Of a stretch of DNA of 64,000 nucleotides, positions 52,282 to 63,179 are shown piece by piece. The stretch is from an uncultured delta proteobacterium (GTDB lineage Bacteria > Desulfobacterota > Binatia > UBA9968). The stretch covers positions 224,001-288,000 of the forward strand of contig CAVUZH010000022.1 of the NCBI GenBank assembly GCA_963745835.1. The letters run 5' to 3'. Made by a program: the position numbers and the translations under genes. The stretch's first letter is position 1. Each line of letters starts with the position of its first letter. Below the pieces are notes generated by a model. It saw only the letters and a list, made by a program, of their open reading frames with translations, made no database searches and had not been told where the DNA came from.

Positions 52282-53211
52282 TTATTTGAGCTTCAGTTCC
52301 TTCTGCACTTCGCGAAGCAGCGAAAAGTCCCGCACTTCATCTACTGGCTTCTTTTTTTCCGTTAAGATGTCCCATTCCTGATCGGTGATCTCGCCGGTCT
52401 TGCTAAGGGAGTTGGCGAGCAGCTCGTACGAACGTTCAGCGACCTCCGGCGACTGCTGGAGATAGCGCATGAGGAGGGGCATAACCTCCTTCTTGTTATC
52501 GAAGACGTAGCGGTGCGCCCGCATCAGCGCCCTCGCCGCGCGTTTTACACGCTGCGGATCTTGCTGCAACAGCCGGTTCGCGACAGCGAGCCCGGAACTC
52601 GGCAGCGCGTACTCGACATCCTGCGGGCCAGCGAGTACGGAGTAGCCCTCGTTCTTGAGAGCGAGATCGAACGGCGGCGAGAGCGATGCCGCCTCCACTA
52701 TCCCCGAACGGAGCGCCTGCGCCCGTACCGGCGCATCGCCGAGCGCGATCGGCTTTACGAAAGTGGGAGGAAAACCTTTGCCCCGGAGCATCTCCTCGGC
52801 GGCACGTTGATCCGTGCCGAATAGAGTCGACACGGCGAGCCGCTTGTCCTTTAAATCCTTCAGCTCTTTCAGCTCCGGCCGGGCCACTAGGAAGTGATCG
52901 GTCTTGCGCACGGAAACCGCCACGAACTTGAGCGGAAAACCGCCGATAATGGCGCGTAGCGTGCTGCCGAACGTTGTCGTGAAATCCACGTCACCGTTCA
53001 ACACCGCGGTGGCTCCAAGCCGCGGATTGATCTGAATCAACTCCGCATCCATTCCCTCTGCCGCGAAGAACCCCTTTTGCACCGCAAAATAAAAGGGAGT
53101 CATGGCGTTGCTACGGCTAGAATAGGAAATCCGAACTTTGGCCGGCTCAGCGGCGCTAACGGTACTGGCGGTCAAGCCAGTGATGATACATGCCACAAAC
53201 AGTAACTTCAT
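52282..53211 (-). CDS. NitT/TauT-family ABC substrate-binding protein
   Basis: signal peptide; AVQKGFFAAEG, LNGDVDF, LKDLKDKRLAV. Confidence 0.85.
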   Translation of the reverse strand: MKLLFVACIITGLTASTVSAAEPAKVRISYSSRSNAMTPFYFAVQKGFFAAEGMDAELIQINPRLGATAVLNGDVDFTTTFGSTLRAIIGGFPLKFVAVSVRKTDHFLVARPELKELKDLKDKRLAVSTLFGTDQRAAEEMLRGKGFPPTFVKPIALGDAPVRAQALRSGIVEAASLSPPFDLALKNEGYSVLAGPQDVEYALPSSGLAVANRLLQQDPQRVKRAARALMRAHRYVFDNKKEVMPLLMRYLQQSPEVAERSYELLANSLSKTGEITDQEWDILTEKKKPVDEVRDFSLLREVQKELKLK

Positions 53212-53287
53212 AGTTGTCCTTCGACGTAATTCTCTCTGATGCAATGGCGGGGGTGAAAGGTGTCACCGCGCACAGGATCGGTAATTC

Positions 53288-53992
53288 TCAGCGGAGCTGT
53301 TCCATGTAGTAGCCCAGGGCGCCCCGATAGGCTCGGTCGATGGCCATCGAGTCGCGCGCGCCCTGCAACACCAAATCGCGATCTTCAGGCGTCTTCACGT
53401 AACGTTCGAACATCTCGGAGATATTCTCCGAGTGCTCAGTGTCCGCGGCAACGTGAACGTCGATAGAGATCATTTTCTTGAGATTGATGCCGAGCTCATT
53501 TTCGAATTTCTTGCCGACCCGATACGACATGCCGCCCCCGTTGATGATCTTGCCGTTATTTCGGCGCTCGAGCATGTGCGACGCAGTGTAGGCCGTTAAC
53601 CAATGGCTGCGCAGCGCGACGTGGTGCCAGGCGTAGAAGCAGGCCTGCACCATTGCCGGCACCTCGGCGTTTTCAAAGTCTTCCGGCTTCAAGCCGATCA
53701 CCTCGCCCTGCTTGACGGTCAGAGAGTAATGATCCATGCCTGCGCGCGGGTCGTTGATCAGCTCATCGCTTTCGTGCTCCCAAATCACCCGCTTCACCGC
53801 GAGCGGCGCGCTGCCCTGGACGTAGCCCCAGCAATCGCGCCGATTACTCGTGTAGAGCGCACTCTGCACGACATAGAAACGTCCCCGCTCTAACGTTAAC
53901 GGCACGGCGAAAAACTTTTTGAACTCCACGCTCTCAAACTGGTCATTTACCATCTGGTCCAACGTTTTCAGCAAATCGCTAACAAGATCCAT
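53288..53992 (-). CDS. heme-oxygenase-like (TenA/PqqC/CADD-type) iron-containing redox enzyme
   Basis: EHE.DE...DH and H..AD.EH putative metal-ligand patterns. Confidence 0.65.
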   Translation of the reverse strand: MDLVSDLLKTLDQMVNDQFESVEFKKFFAVPLTLERGRFYVVQSALYTSNRRDCWGYVQGSAPLAVKRVIWEHESDELINDPRAGMDHYSLTVKQGEVIGLKPEDFENAEVPAMVQACFYAWHHVALRSHWLTAYTASHMLERRNNGKIINGGGMSYRVGKKFENELGINLKKMISIDVHVAADTEHSENISEMFERYVKTPEDRDLVLQGARDSMAIDRAYRGALGYYMEQLR

Positions 53993-54796
53993 AGTGGTCT
54001 CCCCCAAAAAAATATAAACCACCGATCAGAGAAATAGCAGCCGATCGCGAAGCCCAAATTGTCTCAATTCTGTTTGATGTGCAAGATCGAGAGTTCCTTC
54101 GGTCACGTACTCGAATGCAATGTTGCATCATTATCTTTGCTTCTCTAGCCTTACTTATTGTGATTGCCGTGGCTTTGCCACGGCCAAGGCTTGCGCCGCT
54201 TTCGGCAAGGGATCATCGGCTACTGTGTGCACCGGAGACACGGGCGACTCAGATAATGGCAAACATCTACTCAACGAGGAACAAATTAGGGGTGTTCGCT
54301 CACATGGAATTGCTTTGCGCCTGAATCAGTAGCCCACCACAGCATCCAGAAATCCTGTAGCACCATTCAATGGCCCGGCAGTGTCAGGCTTGCGTATTGC
54401 GTTATGACTTCAGCTGCTGCAGCAGGCCCTTCTCAGTTTTAGGTCCCGAGCCGCCGCATACGCTGAGTATAACCGGCTGATGACGGAAGGATCGCGATGC
54501 AGCCGCCTTCCAAGCTCCTTTACACTCACCCTCCCCACTCCCGTCCTAAGTACACCAATCTCGCTGTTACCCAGCGCCGATTACCGAACCCGGATCCAGA
54601 AACAACCGCGGGCGAATAGTGGTATAGGCCGGGCCGTGATCACAATGCTTATCGGACGAGAAGTGCTTGACAGAATTTTTTGAAAAAAGGGATATTACTA
54701 CCAGCGACTAAACTGTTGACTCGTTTGTTCAATTTCTTGATCTTACGACAACAAACAACTGTCCTACGGAGAAGGGCAACTATCATAGGAGGTTTT

Positions 54797-55276
54797 ATGA
54801 CATCGCAGGTTCGTACGGCTTTGTTATCCTTTATCCTAACACTGAGTGGCATCCTGACCGTAACCCCTTACGCCGACGCTGATGGCGGCTGCTTTCAGGG
54901 AACCTACTTTGTCAGAGAGAGCAGCGGCACGCAGAGCCTATGGACGTTTTCACAAGATGGTACTTATCAAAGCGCCAGCTCGGCGGAAGCGGCCCGCAGT
55001 TTTGGTCACATACAGGGTGCCTGGAAAAAGACCGGGGCTCGAGAACTGCGCTCGACAGGTTTGGCGTTTACTTTTAGTGGCGGCAACGGCGACGTAGGTG
55101 TTCCGCCGCTTCGGACCGCTCGGGTTGATACCGTTATGTCATTCACAAATAAATGTGCGGAGGTGGAAGGAACCTTTCAGGTTCGCTTCTTTGGCCCGGA
55201 CGACGATCCCGTCTCGGAGCCCGGCGAGTTCGTTTTTTCCGACACCTTTACCGGGCGGCGTGTCACGGTCAATTAG
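54797..55276 (+). CDS. secreted beta-rich hypothetical protein
   Basis: AGGAGG RBS, signal peptide ending ADA. Confidence 0.65.
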   Translation: MTSQVRTALLSFILTLSGILTVTPYADADGGCFQGTYFVRESSGTQSLWTFSQDGTYQSASSAEAARSFGHIQGAWKKTGARELRSTGLAFTFSGGNGDVGVPPLRTARVDTVMSFTNKCAEVEGTFQVRFFGPDDDPVSEPGEFVFSDTFTGRRVTVN

Positions 55277-55549
55277 TTTCGCTGCAAGTGCTAAGTTCTA
55301 CGGCTCGCCACTGCTGCTTCACCGCGGCGTAGTTGACCTCAGCGGTCATTAGGGTCTGGCATAAGTTATTGTCTTGTTTCCACTGCAACCATCCAGTCTG
55401 AGCCATCTCCTGCTGGAGACCGCGCGTCAAGGCAAGTTTAAACGCTTGAACATGAAGTGAGCCGTAACTGAAAGCGGTCAAGATCGTTAGCGATCGTCCG
55501 GCGCTCTTCGAAATCGGATGGGACTTCCGGGGTCGGAAGTGGCGCCGCC

Positions 55550-55672
55550 CCTTGGTAACGTGCGGCCTATTGTTCTGCTTCTCTTCGAACTGGGCGGTTC
55601 GTATATATCCTTCGCTCTATCGCCACACCCCACGAGCAGCAGGAGCAGGCACGCCGGAAGAAGTCTTCGCAT
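55550..55672 (-). pseudogene. truncated lipoprotein
   Basis: lipobox LVGC, then GDRAKDIYE(T)AQFEEKQNN with a 1-bp indel, cut at the 55521-55549 palindrome. Confidence 0.55.
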
Positions 55673-55876
55673 GAAATTCTGCTAATGGTTGGTGCGCGAG
55701 ACTTACACTCTGAATTGTGCAATCAGGTCGTCCTCGGGATCGACCCCTAGACCCGGTCTCTGCGAAACTTCACTCCCCCGTAGATACAGGCACGGTCTTG
55801 GCGAACGGAGTAGCGCCGCCACCGCTATCTCGGCTTCTGTTGACGGTTGCTGTTTGGTCTGTCAAAGGCTTGATGT

Positions 55877-56209
55877 ATGCGGCTACCCAATGGAGATCGA
55901 GCGGACCTCGGGACAAAGCTTGAGGACTATGTGCTGACCCTCGTCACCGAGAGGGGCGGCATAAGGCACGGCTTTTTGAATCGGCGCTTGGTATTACGCT
56001 AGCGAATACCGGTGTCTTACGTCAGGCGATTTTTTCGGCAGCCGAGAATTCAGCGGACGCTGAACCGTTCGGAAACAACGGGCACAGAGAGCTTTACGTT
56101 CTGCGGTTTGCGTTAGAAACGGAGAAAGGGAGCGGGACGGTTTTGACGGCGTGGATTGTCCGAGGACGGCGAAGACTTTCCGCGCCTGGTAACTTGCTAT
56201 ATAGTCTAA
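55877..56209 (+). pseudogene. DUF6883-like protein (frameshifted)
   Basis: manual translation MRLPNGDRA...KLEDYVL.P.H.EGRHKARLF...TAWIV...PRLVTCY; missing from the ORF track. Confidence 0.75.
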
Positions 56210-56211
56210 AT

Positions 56212-56457
56212 ATGCTTGACGAAATTAAAATGCACGACGTGATCGCATTGTGGCAAGATCTGCGAACGAAGCACTTTGAGAGCGGTCGGGTTTTGCTTTT
56301 ACGCCGAGGGCAGATCGGCACCGTTGTGACGAGCTACCCAGACGGCGCGTACGACGTCGAATTCGCCGATCGCGACGGTCGAGCGTTTGCGATTTTATCC
56401 CTCCGGCCCGAGCAGTTGATGGTTCTCCGCGACCACCCCGATTTCGCTGCGGCATAA
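56212..56457 (+). CDS. DUF4926-domain protein
   Basis: HDVIAL..DL...LRRGQIGTVV...YDVEFAD.DGRAFA. Confidence 0.85.
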   Translation: MLDEIKMHDVIALWQDLRTKHFESGRVLLLRRGQIGTVVTSYPDGAYDVEFADRDGRAFAILSLRPEQLMVLRDHPDFAAA

Positions 56458-56557
56458 GGACCCCTGTAGACCTGCCGCGGGCTGAAGTGTAGATTTGCAA
56501 TCCGAGCGCAGTCACTTAATATCTACGCCGCTATATCCATCGACTGTTTTCTTAGTG

Positions 56558-57043
56558 ATGCTCACGAAGCTCCGATTCTCAACCATACAGACCGGTCTCG
56601 TACTCTTCTGGGCGATCTGGCTGAACCTCGTAACGCTCACGAACTTCGCTGATGCGATGAGGCAGCTGGACGTGCTCCCCAGTGATTTCAAGCTCGCCTC
56701 TTACAATTTTGATCTTGTGAAGAAGACGGTCGGCGCTCATGGGGTACCAACGAGCGTCGCGGGCGTGCTCTTCGCCGGAGTTATTTTGTGGGAGTTGCTC
56801 GGCAGCATCCTGTTCTGGCGTGCATGGCGAGTTATGCGGCGTGACGGGAACGGCGCGGCTGCAGAAGTCGCGCAAGCGTTTGCAGTCAGTCTCGCTCTGT
56901 GGGCTGCCTTTCTAATTGCCACGGAGGCGACGGTGAACTACGAGACCGCCGCGACGCACAAGACAACCCTGATCGCGCAACTTGCAACCCTCCTCGTGGT
57001 TCGCGCCAGCGCTTCGCCCACGAAGTCTGAACAAGCGGACTAG
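56558..57043 (+). CDS. membrane hypothetical protein
   Basis: about 4 hydrophobic segments. Confidence 0.65.
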   Translation: MLTKLRFSTIQTGLVLFWAIWLNLVTLTNFADAMRQLDVLPSDFKLASYNFDLVKKTVGAHGVPTSVAGVLFAGVILWELLGSILFWRAWRVMRRDGNGAAAEVAQAFAVSLALWAAFLIATEATVNYETAATHKTTLIAQLATLLVVRASASPTKSEQAD

Positions 57044-57099
57044 CTGACTTCAGGGGAGCGTGTGACTTTCCGACTACGCCCTTCTCTGCCTATCCTCCG

Positions 57100-57630
57100 C
57101 AACGGTATAAATTCTCGTCAGCTTTGATTGCAGTCGCATGGTAATGTTCCTCCGAGAATGCACCGGAGCGTCCTTTGCGCTGATTTGTATTCTTGCGCAC
57201 TGCGGCCAGCGATCAGCTGCATGCTATCGGCGATAACCTTTGGACCGGTGTCTCTAATCAAAAACTGAACGTGGTTGCAGGTCACTATGTAATCACGTAC
57301 GGCCAGACCGAAGCGCTTCTTCGCTTCGAAAACTCAGCGCAAATACGACTGCCGATCGCAGCTTCCGAGGTAGCTGAAGGTCAGATCCCTATCTTAATCA
57401 AAGGTCTTGAACGGAGCGCAGCGATTGACCGATTGAAAGTGCCTTCTCTGCATTGGTGAGTGATGTGCCAGAGGTAGCCCGGCAAGAAATGGCGATTCGC
57501 GCGCGGCATCGGATTCGTTAGGAGTCGCTTTTCGGCATCAAAAAAGCCAGTCTAAGCGCATAACCGATGCCTTTCATGACAACTTAGATTAGTCAATCAA
57601 GAACTTGCCTTGGTCCCACCCGGAAGTGGC
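57100..57630 (-). mobile_element. RAYT (Y1/IS200-like) element remnant, copy 1, 3'-truncated
   Basis: MPRANRHFLPGYLWHITH start at 57509; close repeat of 58965-59396 plus 60762-60832. Confidence 0.8.
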
Positions 57631-57752
57631 AATACAAAAGGCGATCAGGAAAATGCCGCCCAACGACGAAGGCGAGTTAGTAGAGTTAGGCAAGTCTGAC
57701 ACGTATCTCGTGACATTCGATCCAGCACAAGTCGCTCCGGTCCTCGCCATTG

Positions 57753-58208
57753 CTAGTCGTGACTCACCTTGTGGAAAACGATCCTGCTCACTGGCGTCCC
57801 GTTCAGTGTGGTCGTATTCTCGATCATCGCGCCGTTGCCGACGAGCTCGTACCGAACGCGCAAAACCACCAGCGCGCCGGTGTTGGAGCATGCGATAGTC
57901 AGGCCGTTGCTCTGTAGCAAGTTCTTTTCCACCACTACGCCATCGGCGAAGCTGATGAAGCCGCGATCGGTCCCATCACACAGCGTGAGGGCGGTGTCGC
58001 GCCCGGCCAGCGCAAACATCCCGTTCTCCAGTTGTACGAGGCTGCGGCGCGAATCACCTCCGTCCAGCGGATCGATGCCCATCCAGTACCCCTGAAATCG
58101 GAGGCCGGTCTTTCCCGGCGGCTGCACCGATGGTGGTTGCGCCCAGAGGCGCGCGGCGAGGACGAGTCCGAGAACAGTAACAGTCAAGAGAACGGGACGA
58201 CTTTGCAT
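57753..58208 (-). CDS. secreted hypothetical protein
   Basis: GGAGG RBS, signal peptide, FQGYWMGIDPLDG, two Cys. Confidence 0.65.
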   Translation of the reverse strand: MQSRPVLLTVTVLGLVLAARLWAQPPSVQPPGKTGLRFQGYWMGIDPLDGGDSRRSLVQLENGMFALAGRDTALTLCDGTDRGFISFADGVVVEKNLLQSNGLTIACSNTGALVVLRVRYELVGNGAMIENTTTLNGTPVSRIVFHKVSHD

Positions 58209-58469
58209 GTTGAAAAACCTCCTGCCGAAACGGCATCGTTTGTAGATCGAATGTTACTCAAGTTTTTGCGTCCTCGACTTCCAGTTCATGGCCCTTATTT
58301 AACGTGGTTAGCCAACCCACCGATACAGTTTTCTATGTCTGACTTTACGCGGCGTCAACAGAAAAATTTCATGGCTTCTTAGTGGAGTACAGTGTGACCT
58401 TGATCGCCGTGCCGTGCTTAGTTTCTTCAACAACAATCTTGGCGTCGGGACCGGCAGTTTATGGAACTC

Positions 58470-59396
58470 CTGGGTCGGACTAAGCTAAGTCGCGGTAACT
58501 TCAGAATTCTCGTTCCAAAATCTAGTGTTTTCCGAGCTTAGCACCTCGTCGTTTTTACGGCTAAAATTGGGCCATAAGCTTCACTCTGCTCCCGGATCGC
58601 ATATGTGCCGCTCTCATCAATAACTTCGCGACGCGAGCCTTTCAATCCGAGTTCGCTCTTCATCTTCGTAACAAAGTTCAACTTGCCAATCGCGATCGCT
58701 TCGGACCAACGACCTTCTCTCACCATCCTCACACGGGTGAGAGAATCGTCTATCCACCGACCGTGTGCTAGCTGAAATTCCGCGATCTCACCAAATCCAC
58801 ATAACGGACTTAACTCCCGGAGATGAATAATCCCGTACCGCTTCGGTGGATTCTGAATCTCTCGACAACCAGCATGTGTCCAATTATAGGGCTGCCTAAC
58901 CACTCCGGCGCGAACCATGTTCAGATCGATGTAAACAAGACAACGTTGCAGGTGCTCGTTAGCCTCGACGGCCGTGGCATGATAGCGGTCTTCCCAGAAT
59001 GCGCGGTGCCGTCCTTTGCGCTGATTGTATTCTTGCCCACTGCGGCCAGCGATTGGCTGCATGCTATCGGTGATAACCTTTGGACCGGTGTCTCTAATCA
59101 AAGGTGAACGTGATTGCACGTAACGATGTAATTCAGGACCGCTAGACCGCAACGCTTCTTCGTTTCGAAAAGCCAGCGCAAATACGACTGCCGATCTCAG
59201 CTTGCGAGTTAGCTGAAGCTCAGATCCCTAACTTAATCAAACGTCTTGAACGGAGCGCAGCGATTGAGCGATTGGAACTGCCTTCTCTGCATTGGTGAGT
59301 GATGTGCCAGACGTAGCCCGGCAAGAAATGGCGATTCGCGCGCGGCATCGCGTTCGTTAGGAGTCGCTTTTCGGCATCAAAAAGCCAGTCTAAGCG
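58470..59396 (-). mobile_element. RAYT transposase pseudogene, copy 2 (start 59348)
   Basis: MPRANRHFLPGYVWHITH, NHVH (HUH), FWEDRYHA, YIDLNMVRAG; internal insertion and frameshifts. Confidence 0.85.
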
Positions 59397-60753
59397 GAGC
59401 TACGATCAAAGAGAGTGGAAATAGGAAATAGGTGGCGTACCCTTTCGTAGAGTTTAAACGAAAGGCTGCCTGTTGGAGCAGGCAGAGAAAGGATACGCCG
59501 GTGGAAGAGAAACATATTGGGGGAAGCGAATCAAAGGAAATTTTCTATGCGGAGTTGGAGCAGTTTGCGCGGGAGAAGATCCGGGGGCACTTGCAGGATT
59601 TATTGGAGCAAGAGGTGAGGGAATGGCTGGGGCGGGAGAAAAGCGAGCGCAAGGTAAAGGCGGTGGAGCAGCCGGGTTATCGCAACGGCTACGGCAGGCC
59701 GCGGCGATTGGCGATGAGTTTAGGGACTATCGAGATCGAGCGGCCCCGGGTGAGAGATTTGAGCGAGCGATTTAAGTCCAAGGTGCTGCCGATGTTTAAG
59801 CGTCAGACCCAAGAAGTGCGAGATCTGATGCCGGAGCTCTATTTACACGGACTGGCCAGCGGCGATTTTGAGTTGGCATTGCGCCATTTGTTGGGCGAGA
59901 GGGCTCCGCTATCGGCCAGCTCGCTACAGCGGCTCAAGGAGAAGTGGCAAAACGAATATACGCAGTGGACAAACGTGCCGATCGAGCAAGCCCGTTGGGC
60001 GTACTTTGGGCCGATGGGATCTACGTCAAAGCGGGGGTGGGCAAGGAGAAGGCGGCGTTGCTGGTCGTGATCGGAGTAAAGAGGGACGGTAGCAAGTGTT
60101 TTTTGGCGTTGGAAGCAGGCTACCGGGAGAGCAAGGAGTCGTGGGCCAGTGTCTTACGTCAGCTCAAAGGCCGCGGGTTAAAGCAGCCCCGGCTCTTTGT
60201 TGGCGACGGCAATCTGGGGTTATGGGCGGCGGTGAGCGAGGTCTATCCCCAGGCTCAACAACAGTTGTGCTGGAATCATAAGATGCTCAACGTGATCGAC
60301 ACGGTGAGTCGAAAAGAGCAGAGCCAAGTCAAGCGCCATCTCCAAGCCATGATGTACGCCGAGAGCCGCGAACAGGCGTTAGAGGAGCGAAAGAAATTCG
60401 AGCAAGCGTTTCGGCACAGTCCCAAGGCGATCAAGACGGTGGTGGAGAACTGGGAGCGGCTCGTGACGTACTACGACTATCCCCGCGAGCATTGGAAACA
60501 CCTGCGGACATCGAACGTGGTGGAATCGCCGTTTTCCCGGGTGCGGCTCCGAACCGCAGCCTCGAGGAGATTCAAGTCGCAGCTCAACGCGACCTGCTTG
60601 ATCTGGAAGACGCTCATGGTGGCCGAGATGAGCTTTAGAAAACTCAATGCGCCAAACTTGGTGGACCAAGTCGCGCGCGGACTAAAGTGCAACAACGGTG
60701 CAGAGGTGAGGGACGCTGCTTAGTTCTTTTTACACTCGATTTGACAACTGCTC
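59397..60753 (+). mobile_element. IS256-family insertion sequence with 8-bp target duplication TCTAAGCG
   Basis: transposase ~59500-60723 (YRNGY, WADG, Q.CWNH, LRTSNVVES; frameshift near 60005); imperfect ~25-bp terminal IRs; duplications at 59389-59396 and 60754-60761. Confidence 0.93.
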
Positions 60754-60848
60754 TCTAAGCGCATAACCGATGCCTTTCATGACAACTTAGATTAGAAATC
60801 AAGAACTTGCCTTGGTGCGACCCGGAAGTGGCGCCGCCATACTTTAAC

Positions 60849-61757
60849 TTACAAACGCCATAGTGATTTCAGTTTTTGTAAAAGTTCTTTTTGCCGGTCG
60901 TTGATTATGGCAGGCGTCCATTCTTTTTTGTTTAAGACCTGCGTAGTCAATACGAAAGGGGAAATACCTTTTTTTGTCGCGAATATTTGTCCTTTTTCTT
61001 TTCGAAATCGTAATTTTGTGCCTCGGCATTCTTTTTTCGCGATAACAAAGCCAAATTCCCTATGCGATGAACGTACTGCTCTCGCTCTTTGTCGATAGGA
61101 AACCACTTAACCCATACACTGGACTTGTTCGGGTTTTGCGGGAGTACATGCTCGACAGAGATGATTGGGGTAGTCGTAAACCGCCTCCGCCTGTGCAAGC
61201 GAAGAGTCCAGGCGTAGTAGAACGTATTGCCGAATTCTTTTCATCAGGTATAGATCTCCATTCAACGTCTCCATGATTCGTCTGGCCTCATCGGTAGTTA
61301 ACTGAAGGGGCGAGGCCACTTCCTGTAAATTGCCTCCTGTTTGAATAGCCGTAAGACGCCGACCATACCGTTCAATCCTCTCATTGATATCTGCTCGCAA
61401 GATCATTAAACCCGCTGCCAACCGTTCAAGGTCAGAAAAAAATTGCTTCAGTTTCTCCGGCGAGTGACGATTCTGAGATAGGTAAACAATCGCTGGCGGA
61501 ACCCAATCAAAATTATCGATCTGATTTAGCCATCGAAATAACGAGTTTACTGCTTCAGCACCTCTATCACTTTGATATGTGCCGGTTTTGATGATCTGTA
61601 AGGCGTCTGAATAAGGCTTTAGGATCTCGTCGATAAATTTTTGTGGCTCGTTCTGTGGCTGAATATACTTTCGAAACTCATTGAGCGCCGTTTCCCGTAG
61701 TTTAGCCTTGCGGTAAATCATCCGTATATGGCGAACAACTTTTGCAATCGCATCCAA
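60849..61757 (-). pseudogene. GmrSD-type C-terminal DUF1524 (HNH-like) fragment, N-terminally truncated and frameshifted
   Basis: SVEHVLPQNP...HRIGNLALLS..KN..AQN..F.KKK..Y. Confidence 0.8.
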
Positions 61758-61805
61758 CCTGGCGTTGATGATTAATCAACGTCAACAAACCAGAAGGAGA
61801 ATACT

Positions 61806-61961
61806 ATGCAAGCAGCTGAAGAGATGGCAAAAGAGATCGTTATTGCCTTATTAAGTAAGGTTGCAATGCAGGGCTCTTATCTTAAAACTGAGGCAAAGCC
61901 CTTGGGTGATACCATCGCTCAGATATATAGCCGTGTGCTGGAAGAGGTAAAAAAGATATAG
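61806..61961 (+). CDS. 51-aa hypothetical protein
   Basis: AAGGAGA RBS; MQAAEEMAKEIVIALL... Confidence 0.5.
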   Translation: MQAAEEMAKEIVIALLSKVAMQGSYLKTEAKPLGDTIAQIYSRVLEEVKKI

Positions 61962-61968
61962 CACTACG

Positions 61969-62433
61969 GTGAAAGCATTCTTCAAGGACATCCTGCGGAT
62001 CCCAACGGGAATACTCTTAGCGATTACCGTCAGTTTCGTAGTTCAGGGAACCGCCATCTCAGCGGAATCGAAACCGGTTTCCCCTGAAGTTGAGGCGCAT
62101 AGGCAGAAAGAAGCCGCACTAGTTGAGACCTTGAAGAAACCCGTAAACTGCAAAAACATGGGGTTTTACGATGACGGCGATCTCTATTGCTTTCTCAGCT
62201 TTCGCGGTCTTGAGCTTAATTTTGCAGGAGTAAACGCCAAAAATGACGGGACCATTTACGTAACAGCTCTCGGGAAAAATCAGACTGTTAGTTCCTTGGG
62301 GAGTCGTTGCTTGGAGATCGCCTTTGGTGACAAAGATCTGCGGGGGGTGATTGAACTCCACATCCTATTTCGGGATGACGGCGTGATTACACATAAAAGC
62401 GGCAACAAGCTGGCTTGGGCTGAATGCCGTTAA
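61969..62433 (+). CDS. secreted hypothetical protein
   Basis: signal-like N-terminus, 4 Cys. Confidence 0.55.
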   Translation: MKAFFKDILRIPTGILLAITVSFVVQGTAISAESKPVSPEVEAHRQKEAALVETLKKPVNCKNMGFYDDGDLYCFLSFRGLELNFAGVNAKNDGTIYVTALGKNQTVSSLGSRCLEIAFGDKDLRGVIELHILFRDDGVITHKSGNKLAWAECR

Positions 62434-62532
62434 GCGTCGCACAACCTGCATTATGCGACGTAGCCAAAACAATTCAGCCAAGGCGTACATAAACTTGCCT
62501 ACTAAACCGAAACAGAGTATATTTGCCGGCGC

Positions 62533-62790
62533 GTGGAAATTATAGCAATCGTCACAAAGATCGCGCTCGCCATAGGCGTAATATACGGCGCCGTGAAAGG
62601 GATTATCCCACTCCTCCACTGGCTCCGTGCCCGGACGTTGATTAAGCTCGAAGAGCTTAAAAGATTGAGAAAAATCGAGACCGAATACAAAAAATATGAA
62701 GTACTAATAGAGCAGCAAAAGGTGCGAAACGTCGAAGTAGCAGCTCATGTGCATAGAGCTTTGGCGGACAGGGTAACGGCAGAAAATTGA
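62533..62790 (+). CDS. small membrane-anchored coiled-coil hypothetical protein
   Basis: N-terminal TM segment and charged tail. Confidence 0.45.
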   Translation: MEIIAIVTKIALAIGVIYGAVKGIIPLLHWLRARTLIKLEELKRLRKIETEYKKYEVLIEQQKVRNVEVAAHVHRALADRVTAEN

Positions 62791-62861
62791 CCGCCCTACC
62801 TCGTTCCGGGTATCATCAAACCATTATTTTTTGGCTCAACACTTTTTTAAGCGACCAGACG

Positions 62862-62890
62862 AAAAAGCCCTCTCACGAGGGCTTTTTCTT
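62862..62890. terminator. bidirectional intrinsic terminator
   Basis: AAAAAGCCCTC-loop-GAGGGCTTTTT between convergent genes. Confidence 0.75.
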
Positions 62891-63179
62891 TTAACCTTAC
62901 ACGGGTCAGAAATTAACGGCCTAGGTATTCGACAGCCGGGCGCAACAGAACATACAGGTATAGTGAAATCCAGAATGCTGGGCGCACAAGACGGGGCATG
63001 GTTTATTCGGTTACTGGCTTGTTCGGGACAGAGTAGACAATTAGTGCGCTGATAGCGGCTCCTCCGACGATCACTAGAAACTGTTCAAGGGTCGTTTCGG
63101 GGCCGATACCGTACTGCGCCAGATAGGGCATCACAAAGGCGGTACCAGTGCTGCCCATGCTTTTGATGCTGTCATTTAA

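Noticed and set aside
59940-60070. Programmed frameshift in the IS256 transposase
   Set aside because: IS256 transposases are single ORFs; a 1-bp loss at the YLWADG motif is better explained by error or decay
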